Shown: positions 27,763-36,037 of the stretch, in pieces
Layout: every line of letters starts with the position of its first letter
How positions within the stretch are numbered: the stretch's first letter is position 1
NCBI GenBank assembly: GCA_027048495.1
Contig: JALTWS010000016.1
Location: 1-61,719, forward strand
Reading direction: 5' to 3'
Length of the DNA stretch: 61,719 nucleotides
Origin: Candidatus Azambacteria bacterium
GTDB lineage: Bacteria > Patescibacteriota > Minisyncoccia > GWC2-36-17 > M10-OD1-4
Made by a program: the position numbers and the translations under genes
Notes under the pieces: generated by a model
Told to the model about the DNA's origin: nothing
Seen by the model: the letters and a program-made list of their open reading frames with translations, nothing else
The model's database searches: none

Positions 27763-28717
27763 GTCTTTTTAAAGCTAGTTCTATTTGTTTATCTAAAAAT
27801 TCTGGAAACGACATACCCATTGCCCTTGCTTCTTTTGGACAGAGGCTGTTTTTTGTTGCTCCGGGTATTGTATTTATTTCCAGAAAGTAAAGTTTTCCGT
27901 TTTTTGCCAAAATAAAATCAGATCTTGTCAGGCCATCGCATTTTAAAAGCTTATGAACTTTTTTTGCCAAGGATTTTACTTTTTGTGCTGTTTTTTTGCT
28001 TATATTTGCAGGACAGATCTCTTCTGTTTTTGCTGAATATTTTGCCTTTTTGGTAAAAAACTCTTCTTTTGTTTTTATTTGGACAGGAGGCATTACTAGT
28101 ATATTTTTTTGGTCTGAATTTCCCAAAACGCCACAAGTAAGCTCTATTCCTTCTATGAACTCTTGAATTAAAAAATCATTTTTTTTATTTTTTTCCAGAG
28201 CTTTTTTAAGTTCTGCTTTTGAATTTATCAGAAAAACTCCAATGCTTGAACCAGAAGAATTTGGCTTTAAAATACAGGGAAATTTTGCATTTGTGATGTT
28301 TTTTATTTCTTTTGGAGCTAATATTTTGTTGTTTTTTGCTATATTCAGGGTCATTTTTTTGTCCATTGCTATTGCGCTTGAAATTGAAGATGAACCGGTA
28401 AATGGAATGTTTAGAGTTTCTAAAACAGCTTGAATTTTTCCGTCTTCTCCAAACTCGCCATGAAGCGCCAAAAATGCCAAATCTTTGTTATTTATGTTTT
28501 TTAAAACAGCGCCTATTATCTTTTTTTTATCATTTGGTAAGATAGATAAAACAATATTATATTTTTCTTTATTTAGGTTTTTTGCTATCTCTTTTCCTGA
28601 AAGCAAAGATATATCTCTTTCGTTTGAATATCCTCCGCAAAAAACAACAATATTTAGCTTTTTTTTAGTTTTCATTTTTAAATGTGTTGCATAAAGTTTA
28701 AAGCGTGAGCTTGCCAA
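27743..28717 (-). CDS. ddl: D-alanine--D-alanine ligase
   Basis: ALHGEFGEDGKIQAVLETLNIPFTGSSS, AMDKKMT and LEINTIPG (ATP-grasp fold). The start may be ATG 28675 (MKTKKKLNIVVFCGG). Confidence 0.9.
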   Translation of the reverse strand: MASSRFKLYATHLKMKTKKKLNIVVFCGGYSNERDISLLSGKEIAKNLNKEKYNIVLSILPNDKKKIIGAVLKNINNKDLAFLALHGEFGEDGKIQAVLETLNIPFTGSSSISSAIAMDKKMTLNIAKNNKILAPKEIKNITNAKFPCILKPNSSGSSIGVFLINSKAELKKALEKNKKNDFLIQEFIEGIELTCGVLGNSDQKNILVMPPVQIKTKEEFFTKKAKYSAKTEEICPANISKKTAQKVKSLAKKVHKLLKCDGLTRSDFILAKNGKLYFLEINTIPGATKNSLCPKEARAMGMSFPEFLDKQIELALKRHEKNRN

Positions 28718-29621
28718 ATTTACCTTTATAAAAATCTTGAATTGCCAGCATTATCATCTTAGCCGAAGTTCTTCGTTTTGGCAAAAAAATGTATTTGACT
28801 ATCTGTTTTAAATAAAGATAAAAACTCCAAATATATATCCCAAAAAGGATAGGCTTGGGAGCGTTTCTTTTGGAAAGCAAAAGCGCGTTTCTGACATGAT
28901 AGTAGTGTATTTTTGGATTTGTCATTGCTTTTTTTGTGGATTGGGAGACTTTATGCCAAATATGCGATGAAGGAACATAAAAAAGTTCAAATCCTGCTTT
29001 TTTAGCTCGCAAGCTATAGTCTGTATCTTCATAATACATAAAAAATTCTTCGTTTAGCTTCCCTATTTTTTGCACAACATCTTTTTTAATTAACATTGCG
29101 CATCCAGAAACATACTCTGTTTTTTTTATTTTTGTCTCGCTTTTATTTTTGTCTTTTTTCATATACTGCATTGGCTTTCCTCCTCCTGCCCAAGAAAATT
29201 TGCAACTGGCATGCCAAATAACATCTGGTTTGTCATAAAAATATATCTTTGGAGCAAAAAGCCCTCCTTTTGGATTTTTTTGTGATGCTTCTATGAGTTT
29301 GTCTAAAAAGTCAGGAGCAACTTTTGTGTCGTTGTTTAAAAGCAAAATATAATCTGCTTGGTTTTTGATTGCATAATCTATTCCGATGTTGTTTCCCCCA
29401 GCAAATCCGGTATTTTCTTTTTGGGCAAATACTTTAATTTCAGGAAAGTATTCTTGTATTTTTAAAACAAATTCTTTTTGATTTTTCGATGCATTATCTA
29501 CAAGCAAAATTTTGTAATTTTTGTATGTTATTTTTTTTAAAGAATCTAAGCACTCAAGAGTATCTTTTTCTCCATTGTAATTGACAAGTATTATAAATAT
29601 TTTTGGATGGTTTGTTTTCAT
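28698..29621 (-). CDS. family 2 glycosyltransferase (rhamnosyltransferase-like)
   Basis: IFIILVNYNGEKDT, LLVDNAS, LLNNDT and YYEDTDY. Confidence 0.85.
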   Translation of the reverse strand: MKTNHPKIFIILVNYNGEKDTLECLDSLKKITYKNYKILLVDNASKNQKEFVLKIQEYFPEIKVFAQKENTGFAGGNNIGIDYAIKNQADYILLLNNDTKVAPDFLDKLIEASQKNPKGGLFAPKIYFYDKPDVIWHASCKFSWAGGGKPMQYMKKDKNKSETKIKKTEYVSGCAMLIKKDVVQKIGKLNEEFFMYYEDTDYSLRAKKAGFELFYVPSSHIWHKVSQSTKKAMTNPKIHYYHVRNALLLSKRNAPKPILFGIYIWSFYLYLKQIVKYIFLPKRRTSAKMIMLAIQDFYKGKFGKLTL

Positions 29622-30907
29622 TAAAATATAATTTTGCCTTTGGGATATTTTTTAAAATCTGTTTTTGGAATTTCAATAACATCTGACATAGAAAAGCCAA
29701 GCTTTTTGAATGTATTGTATGTTTTTATCCATCTTGCTTTCCCTTGCTGTAAAAGATATATTTTATAATCCCCTTCTTTTTTTATTAAAATATTTTCATT
29801 TTTTATATCATAATCCAAAGGGTCTCCTGTTTTGTACTCTTCAACTTCCCTTTTGGACAAAACCAAAACATCAGACATTGAATAGCCCATTTTTTTAAAA
29901 GCAAGGTATGATGTTATATGTCTTTTTTTTCCATTTTCAATTTTGTATATTTGAGGCGCATTTTTTTCTTTTATTAAGGCTCCATTTTTTAAGTTGTTAT
30001 GCCTTTTGTATGGAAATGCATTGTAGATAAAATCTGTTGCTTCTAAAAATATTTTTGGAGAAAAAACGGGCACTTTAAATCCATCTTTTAAAATAAAAAA
30101 TTCATTTTCCTTTTGGTATACCAAATTTTCATACCTTTGTTTCCACTTATTTGCTTCTTTTCTTAAAATGTTCATATTAAGCACCCCTGGGTCATCATTA
30201 TCTTTTTCTATGTCTTTATGTCCTAATACAGAAGGACCAACAAAAACTTGGGAAAATGATCCTCCATATTCTGATATACATTCTCCTTTATATTTTGGAT
30301 TTGTCCAGACAGGAGTTTTTAAATCCATTTTTTCGGGGTCTATGCCATTTGCCGCAGAGAGCCAACCAACAAGCTTATACAAAGAATTTAAAGCCTCTTG
30401 TGTTGGCTTTTGACGGTCAAAATCTCCAATGAGCGCTATTCCTACAGAGCCAACATTAAAATTTCTGCACAAGCGGTTATCATAGGCGTGAGCGCCTTTT
30501 TTTCCATTTCCTCCTTTTCTTCCTTCATATATGTTGCCTTTTTTGTCTATTATGTAGTTGTATCCTATATCCTCCCAGCCTCTTGTAATTGAATGGTCTT
30601 TGTTTATTCTTTGGATTGTTGTTAGCGGATCTGTATATTGGTTACAGCATCCAGTGTCGTGGATTATTATCCTTGTGACTTTAAAATATTCCGGTATGTT
30701 AAGGCTGTTTTCTTTTTTAAACTTTTCTATCGTTTTTTGCGGTATATGGATATGCTTTTTTTGTTCTTGTCGGTAAAAGTATTTGCTTGTATCTATATGC
30801 ACATTTTCCCAAACAGACCTTTTTTGTATTTTTGGCAAATCAAAATAAGCGCTTGTAAAAAGCGGGAAAAATAAAAATACAAATGTAAAAAATAATCCTC
30901 TTTTCAT
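29621..30907 (-). CDS. N-acetylmuramoyl-L-alanine amidase (Amidase_2/PGRP-type) with two C-terminal ~45-aa repeats
   Basis: IIIHDTG, GWEDIGYNYIIDKKGNIYEGR, GAHAY..NFNVGSVGIALIGDF and GHKD. The C-terminal repeats are IYKIENGKKRHITSYLAFKKMGYSMSDV and IYLLQQGKARWIKTYNTFKKLGFSMSDV. Confidence 0.85.
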   Translation of the reverse strand: MKRGLFFTFVFLFFPLFTSAYFDLPKIQKRSVWENVHIDTSKYFYRQEQKKHIHIPQKTIEKFKKENSLNIPEYFKVTRIIIHDTGCCNQYTDPLTTIQRINKDHSITRGWEDIGYNYIIDKKGNIYEGRKGGNGKKGAHAYDNRLCRNFNVGSVGIALIGDFDRQKPTQEALNSLYKLVGWLSAANGIDPEKMDLKTPVWTNPKYKGECISEYGGSFSQVFVGPSVLGHKDIEKDNDDPGVLNMNILRKEANKWKQRYENLVYQKENEFFILKDGFKVPVFSPKIFLEATDFIYNAFPYKRHNNLKNGALIKEKNAPQIYKIENGKKRHITSYLAFKKMGYSMSDVLVLSKREVEEYKTGDPLDYDIKNENILIKKEGDYKIYLLQQGKARWIKTYNTFKKLGFSMSDVIEIPKTDFKKYPKGKIIF

Positions 30908-31608
30908 TTTTTGATTTTATAAAAAAACAATGAGACAGGAAAAACAAAAACAGCATTTATAATTCTTTTAAACCTTTTTTTTGGCTCTTTTAAAAATCTC
31001 CAAAGCCACTCAAGATGAATTTTTCTTAAAAACAAAGGAGCCCTTTTTATTTTTCCTGACAAGATATCAAATGCACCTCCCACTCCCATAGCTACTTTTA
31101 TTGTTGGAAATTTGTTTAAATTTTCACTTATCCAAATTTCTTGTTTTGGCGCTCCCAAAGCAACAAAAATAATATCTGGGTTTGAATTTTTTATTAAATT
31201 ATAGCATGAAGACAAATCTTCAGAAACTTCGCATATATTTATGTTAAAAAACATATTTTTTAGAGCGTCTTTTGTTTTTTGCGCAACGCCATTTTTCCCT
31301 CCTAGCAAAAATACTTTTTTATTTTCTTTTTCTGCCAGCTTACAAATTGCAAGCATAAAATCTATACCCGGAATATTTTTTTTAATTTTTGAGAAAAAAA
31401 CCAAACCAGACCCGTCTGGTATTAAAAGATCTGCATTGTTTAAAATTTCTTTGAAGTTTTTGTCTTTTTTTGCTTTAAGCAGTATCTCTGGGTTTGGAGT
31501 AAATATTTTAATTTGTTTTTTTGAAAAAAAGGAATTTTTAACAATTTTTATTGCATCTTCAAAAGATATATTGTCTAATTTAACCCCAAAAATATCTATT
31601 TTTTCCAT
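30904..31608 (-). CDS. WecB/TagA/CpsF-family glycosyltransferase
   Basis: IFGVKLDN, TPNPEIL, ADLLIPDGSGLV, LGGKNGVAQK and ALGAPKQEIW. ATG 31608 (MEKIDIF) is preferred over 31668, which would abut the divergent priA start. Confidence 0.85.
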   Translation of the reverse strand: MEKIDIFGVKLDNISFEDAIKIVKNSFFSKKQIKIFTPNPEILLKAKKDKNFKEILNNADLLIPDGSGLVFFSKIKKNIPGIDFMLAICKLAEKENKKVFLLGGKNGVAQKTKDALKNMFFNINICEVSEDLSSCYNLIKNSNPDIIFVALGAPKQEIWISENLNKFPTIKVAMGVGGAFDILSGKIKRAPLFLRKIHLEWLWRFLKEPKKRFKRIINAVFVFPVSLFFYKIKK

Positions 31609-31671
31609 ATAAAAGATTATATCACAAACAAAAAACTGCCAAAATCTGTTTATTTTAGTATAATACATATT

Positions 31672-33558
31672 ATGTATATATTAGATGTTATTCTTACAAT
31701 TAAAACTCCCAAAAACCTTTCTGGAGTTTTGAGCTATTTTTCCCCAGATCCTTTAAAAAAGGGGGCTTTTGTTAGAGTTTCTGTTGGACATATTAAAGTA
31801 AACGCCATGGTTTTGGACTGTCGCCTTGTTGAGTCAGAAAAAATGTTTATAAAAAAATCAGCGTTTCAGATAAAGGCCATTGACAGAATAATATCAGATA
31901 CACCTGTTTTTTCAGATAAGCAATTTGACCTGTTTTTTTGGTTTTTAAATTTTTATATGGCAGATATAGGAATTTGCGCAAAAACATTTTTGCCAAATTA
32001 CTTGGTAAACAAAAAAACTCCTATTAAAGTAAAAGAAGCTAAAAAAACACAACAAACAAAAAATGGAGTTTTTTCTGAGTTTTTGGTTGTTGGAAGCAAC
32101 AGGTTAAAATTTTATAAAAAAGAAATCCAAAAATGCTTAAATAAAAAAAAGCAGGTTTTATTTTTGGTGCCAGATTTAGTTTTATTAAAAAAATATGAAA
32201 AAGAGCTTAAAGATTTTTATCCAGAAATTTTAACTTCCAGTATTTCTCCAAAAAAATATTTTAGTTTATGGGAGAAAGTAAGAACCAAAGAAAAAAATTT
32301 TATACTCTCAACAAGGGGAGGAGTTTTTTTGGATTTTTCTGAACTTGGACTTGTTATTGTAGATAAAGAAGAGGATAGCTCTTATAAATCTCAAGATATG
32401 CTTCCTTACTATCAAACAAAAGATGTAGCAAAAAAAATTGCAGAGCTTTCTTTTGCTAAAATTATTTATGGAGCAAATGTGCCAACTGTTGAGAGCTATT
32501 ACCTTGTAAAAGACAAACTAGTAGAAAAAGACAAAAAAAAGCATTATTTTTTAACAGTAGACATGAGAAATGAGATTTATGGAGGAAACTATTCCATACT
32601 TTCGTATTATTTGCAAGGTAATTTAGAAGATATTTTAAGAAAAAACAGACAGGCAATTTTGTTTATTTCAAGAAGAGGATCTGAAACATTTGTTTTTTGC
32701 AGAGATTGCGGCTGGGTTGAAAAGTGCAAAAATTGCGAGGCCTCTTTAATACATCACAAAAAAATCGGGCTTTTATGCCATTACTGTGGATTTAAAAAAG
32801 AAGCTCCTGTTGTCTGTCCGCAATGCCATGGACATAAAATAAAATATTTTGGAGCAGGAACCCAAAAAGCAAAAGATGAAATTTTAAAATTGTTTCCTAA
32901 TGCAAAAGTTAAGATTCTTGATTCTGAAATAACTCCAAATTTAAAAGATCAAGAGAAAATTGTAAAGGATTTTAATCTTAAAAAAATAGATATTCTTGTC
33001 GGAACCCAGCTTATGTTTAAGTGGGGCTTTAAGTTAAAAGCAGATTTATCTGCTGTTTTATCTTTTGATAATATTCTCCATTTGCCAGATTTTAAATCCC
33101 AAGAAAGAGTTTTTAATATAGCAAAAAACCTGTCTTTTATATCAAAACAACAAGAAATGATTTTACAGACATACACAAAAGACCATTATTTAATATCAGA
33201 CATTTCAAAAAAAATAGATTATGACGTATTTTTCTCAGAAGAAATAAAATTAAGAGAAAAATTTTGCTACCCACCATTTTCTTTTTTGGTTAAGATAATT
33301 TACAAAAACAAAAGTATTGTCCAAGGAGAAAACGAAGTGCAAAAAATAAAAGAGAAAATAGTCAATTTAAAAATAAAGGAAATTGAAATTTTAGGACCTG
33401 CTTTGGCATACATACCAAAAATAAAAAATTTTTATATTTGGCATATAATAATCAAAATAAAAGATAAAAAACAAGAGTTAAAGATAAAAAAAGAAATAAC
33501 AAAAGCTTTATCGGAATTTGAGTATGTGGCTGATATAAACCCAGAAAGTCTCTTGTAA
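31672..33558 (+). CDS. priA: primosomal protein N' (PriA) homolog with degenerate helicase motifs
   Basis: The PriA Cys-rich insertion CRDCGWVEKCKNCEASLIHHKKIGLLCHYCGFKKEAPVVCPQCHG is followed by FGAGTQK. DSSYK and LVGTQ are conserved. Walker A, DEEH, SAT and GRAGR are all replaced (see findings). Confidence 0.85.
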   Translation: MYILDVILTIKTPKNLSGVLSYFSPDPLKKGAFVRVSVGHIKVNAMVLDCRLVESEKMFIKKSAFQIKAIDRIISDTPVFSDKQFDLFFWFLNFYMADIGICAKTFLPNYLVNKKTPIKVKEAKKTQQTKNGVFSEFLVVGSNRLKFYKKEIQKCLNKKKQVLFLVPDLVLLKKYEKELKDFYPEILTSSISPKKYFSLWEKVRTKEKNFILSTRGGVFLDFSELGLVIVDKEEDSSYKSQDMLPYYQTKDVAKKIAELSFAKIIYGANVPTVESYYLVKDKLVEKDKKKHYFLTVDMRNEIYGGNYSILSYYLQGNLEDILRKNRQAILFISRRGSETFVFCRDCGWVEKCKNCEASLIHHKKIGLLCHYCGFKKEAPVVCPQCHGHKIKYFGAGTQKAKDEILKLFPNAKVKILDSEITPNLKDQEKIVKDFNLKKIDILVGTQLMFKWGFKLKADLSAVLSFDNILHLPDFKSQERVFNIAKNLSFISKQQEMILQTYTKDHYLISDISKKIDYDVFFSEEIKLREKFCYPPFSFLVKIIYKNKSIVQGENEVQKIKEKIVNLKIKEIEILGPALAYIPKIKNFYIWHIIIKIKDKKQELKIKKEITKALSEFEYVADINPESLL

Positions 33559-33561
33559 ACA

Positions 33562-33601
33562 AAACAAAAAAAAGGGAGAATCTTATTTTATGGCTCTCCC
33601 T
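33562..33601 (-). terminator. intrinsic terminator overlapping the stop of the 119-aa gene
   Basis: On the minus strand, AGGGAGA..TCTCCCT is followed by T8 (the plus-strand A-run 33562-33573). Confidence 0.6.
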
Positions 33602-33942
33602 TTGGATGCCTTAACTCTCTTTGAGAAGGCAATGCAAAATACATATAATTTTTCTGCTGTTTTTTTGTTTTTTTTGTTTAATTTAAAGAAATCTTGAAAA
33701 ATACCAGCAAGTTTTTTCAAGCTCGGTTTTTTCCAAACAGCTTTCAAAGACAGAAGTATATCTTCTTTTACTTTTTCTTCAATTTCTAAGCTGTCAATTT
33801 TGCAAAATTCACAAACCAATTTTTCATTAAAAGATAAGTTTGTTTGGTTTTTGTTTATAAAATCATAAAGAACAACAGATATTTTGCAAATTTGAAAGGA
33901 TATGTCAGGATAATTTTTCAATGTCAAGATTTTTGCTTTCAA
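33583..33942 (-). CDS. hypothetical protein (119 aa)
   Basis: Long ORF with its own terminator and no recognisable motif. Confidence 0.5.
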   Translation of the reverse strand: MKAKILTLKNYPDISFQICKISVVLYDFINKNQTNLSFNEKLVCEFCKIDSLEIEEKVKEDILLSLKAVWKKPSLKKLAGIFQDFFKLNKKNKKTAEKLYVFCIAFSKRVKASKGRAIK

Positions 33943-33967
33943 TTTTTATCCTCCTTTTTTCAATCTC

Positions 33968-33996
33968 TTGAATTGATTGATATTATTTATTATAAT
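33968..33996 (+). promoter_or_regulatory. possible promoter giving a leaderless def mRNA (TTGAAT-17 nt-TATAAT)
   Basis: TTGAAT at 33968-33973 and TATAAT at 33991-33996. ATG 34004 lies 7 nt after the -10, and no Shine-Dalgarno sequence is present. Confidence 0.35.
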
Positions 33997-34003
33997 TCTC
34001 ATT

Positions 34004-34477
34004 ATGTCAATAATAAGTATACAAAAAGGGAAAGAAAATAAAATATTAAGAGCTGTATCAGAAGAGGTAAAAGATATAAAATCTCCGGAAATTCAGGAGT
34101 TTATTTCCGATATGAAAATGACACTGGCAGCAACCCCAAACGGAGTTGGGCTTGCCGCTCCGCAAGTTGGCAAAAATATAAGAATATTTGTGGCATCTGA
34201 TAATCTTGGACTTAACCAAACCGTATTTATTAATCCGAAAATTACCGAGATTTCTGAAAAAATGATTTTAAAAGACGAGGGTTGCCTTTCTCTGCCTGAA
34301 TTTTACGGAAAGATAAAAAGAGCGGAATGGGTAAAGGCGGAAGCTTACAACGAAAACGGCAGGAAATTTAAAATAAAAGCAAAGGGACTTGTCTCTCAGC
34401 TTATTCAGCATGAAATAGATCATCTTGACGGAATCTTATTTGTAGATAAAGCGGAAGAAGTTGAGGTGGTTAAGTAA
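34004..34477 (+). CDS. def: peptide deformylase
   Basis: GVGLAAPQVG, EGCLSLP and QHEIDHLDG. ATG 34004 is preferred to TTG 33977. Confidence 0.93.
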   Translation: MSIISIQKGKENKILRAVSEEVKDIKSPEIQEFISDMKMTLAATPNGVGLAAPQVGKNIRIFVASDNLGLNQTVFINPKITEISEKMILKDEGCLSLPEFYGKIKRAEWVKAEAYNENGRKFKIKAKGLVSQLIQHEIDHLDGILFVDKAEEVEVVK

Positions 34478-34490
34478 AATTTATAAAATC

Positions 34491-34588
34491 TTCTTTTTCA
34501 AAAAACCGTTTACGACGTGTTAACGGAAGCGCAGCGAAGCCAAAGGCGTAGCGTGAGCGCACAGAGTAAACGGTTTTTTGAAAAAGAA
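34491..34588. repeat. 23-bp perfect inverted repeat enclosing a 52-nt GC-rich core, between def and fmt
   Basis: TTCTTTTTCAAAAAACCGTTTAC (34491-34513) pairs with GTAAACGGTTTTTTGAAAAAGAA (34566-34588). The core contains AGCGAAGCC and GTGAGCGCACAG, both shared with other islands. Confidence 0.9.
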
Positions 34589-34615
34589 AAGAATTTTCCG
34601 AGATATTCTTTAAAT

Positions 34616-35551
34616 ATGTACAAAATAGTTTTTTTTGGAACTCCAAAAATAGCGGAAGATACTTTAAAAAAACTTATAGAATCAGAAAAATATAAGCCGT
34701 GTTTAGTTATCACTCAAAAAGATAAGCCAGTGGGAAGAAAAAAGGTTTTGACTTCCCCGCCGGTTAAGGTGTTAGCAGAAAAATACGGTATTGAGGTTTT
34801 TCAGCCAGAAAGTATAAAAGAAAAAGAGGTAGTAGAAAAAATAAAAAATATAAATCCGGATCTAATAGTAGTTTTTGCCTATGGACATATTATTCCAAAA
34901 GAAATTATTGATATTCCGAAATTTGGAGTTTTAAATATTCATACTTCTATCCTTCCAAAATACAGAGGGCCCTCTCCTATTCAATATGCAATTTTAAATG
35001 GAGATAAAAAAACAGGCGTAACATTAATACAAATAGATGAACAGCTTGATCATGGGCCGATTTTAGCTCAAAAAGAAGTAGAAATTTCAGAAAAAGAAAC
35101 ATCAGAAACCCTACACGACAAACTTGCAGAAGCGGGAGCCAATCTTTTGCTTGAAATTTTACCTTTATATTTTGCCGGAAAAATAAAAGCCAAAGAGCAA
35201 GAACACAAAAAAGCGACATTTACAAAATTGCTCAGGCGAGAAGACGGAGAGATTTTCCCCAAAAAAGAGACAGCAAAAGAGATAGAAAGAAAATTCAGGG
35301 CATTTCACCCCTGGCCGGGAATATTTTTAAATTTAAAACTAAAAGATAAAAATCTAAAATTAAAAATAATAAACTGCTCAATAGCAGAATGTAAAGATAA
35401 AAAAGATGTGTTGTATTTAGATAAAGAAAATAAACTTATTTTAAAAACCAAAGAAGGCTGTCTTTGGTTAAAAGAAGTTCAGCCGGAAGGAAAACAAAAA
35501 ATGTCGGGAGGTGCTTTTTGGCAGGGGTATAAAGATAGAATTATTTTATAA
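34616..35551 (+). CDS. fmt: methionyl-tRNA formyltransferase
   Basis: MYKIVFFGTP, NIHTSILPKYRGPSPIQYAI.NGD and a C-terminal Fmt domain. The ORF-track N-terminus (34517) runs through the repeat element and is rejected. Confidence 0.92.
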   Translation: MYKIVFFGTPKIAEDTLKKLIESEKYKPCLVITQKDKPVGRKKVLTSPPVKVLAEKYGIEVFQPESIKEKEVVEKIKNINPDLIVVFAYGHIIPKEIIDIPKFGVLNIHTSILPKYRGPSPIQYAILNGDKKTGVTLIQIDEQLDHGPILAQKEVEISEKETSETLHDKLAEAGANLLLEILPLYFAGKIKAKEQEHKKATFTKLLRREDGEIFPKKETAKEIERKFRAFHPWPGIFLNLKLKDKNLKLKIINCSIAECKDKKDVLYLDKENKLILKTKEGCLWLKEVQPEGKQKMSGGAFWQGYKDRIIL

Positions 35552-35554
35552 AAA

Positions 35555-35585
35555 ACCCCCGCTATCGCGAGGGTTTTGTTGTTTT
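35555..35585 (+). terminator. intrinsic terminator after fmt
   Basis: An imperfect hairpin AACCCCCGC..GCGAGGGTT is followed by TTGTTGTTTT. Confidence 0.5.
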
Positions 35586-35624
35586 ACTGCAAGAAAAACT
35601 GCCAAAAAAGCAATGAGAAAAATC

Positions 35625-35963
35625 TTAACCTTCATTTGCATTATCCTCCTTTACAAGAAACGGGAATTTTTTGCTAAGAAGATCATAAGCTTCTTTGTGT
35701 AAAAATTTCATACGAGTTGTATTTTGACTCACTTCTAGAGGACGAAAAAAATTTAAATATTCTCTAAATTCAGACATACTCTTTATTTCTCTTGGTACTT
35801 TCAATCCATCCAAAAGATTGTCAATTATGGAAACTTGAAAAATATATAATATCCAACCACCAACAACATCATTTCTGGCAAAATTGATATTTGTCAAAAT
35901 TTCCAAACGGTAATTAACAATTGCTTGGATTTGTCGATTTGTGCAATTTTCCAAAGAAAGCAT
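35625..35963 (-). CDS. hypothetical protein (~112 aa)
   Basis: The ORF is open from 35978. ATG 35963 is preceded by GGAGGA at a 7-nt spacing. No family is recognised. Confidence 0.5.
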   Translation of the reverse strand: MLSLENCTNRQIQAIVNYRLEILTNINFARNDVVGGWILYIFQVSIIDNLLDGLKVPREIKSMSEFREYLNFFRPLEVSQNTTRMKFLHKEAYDLLSKKFPFLVKEDNANEG

Positions 35964-36037
35964 TTTAATTTCCTCCATATTTAGCTGTAAAGTGCAGTAA
36001 GGCTAAAATAAACTAAAAAGTAATAAAAGTCAAGATT

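Noticed and set aside
34517-34615. N-terminal extension of fmt given by the ORF track (MLTEAQRSQRRSVSAQSKR...)
   Set aside because: The extension is a translation of the GC-rich inverted-repeat element. The conserved Fmt N-terminus (MYKIVFFGTP) begins at ATG 34616.
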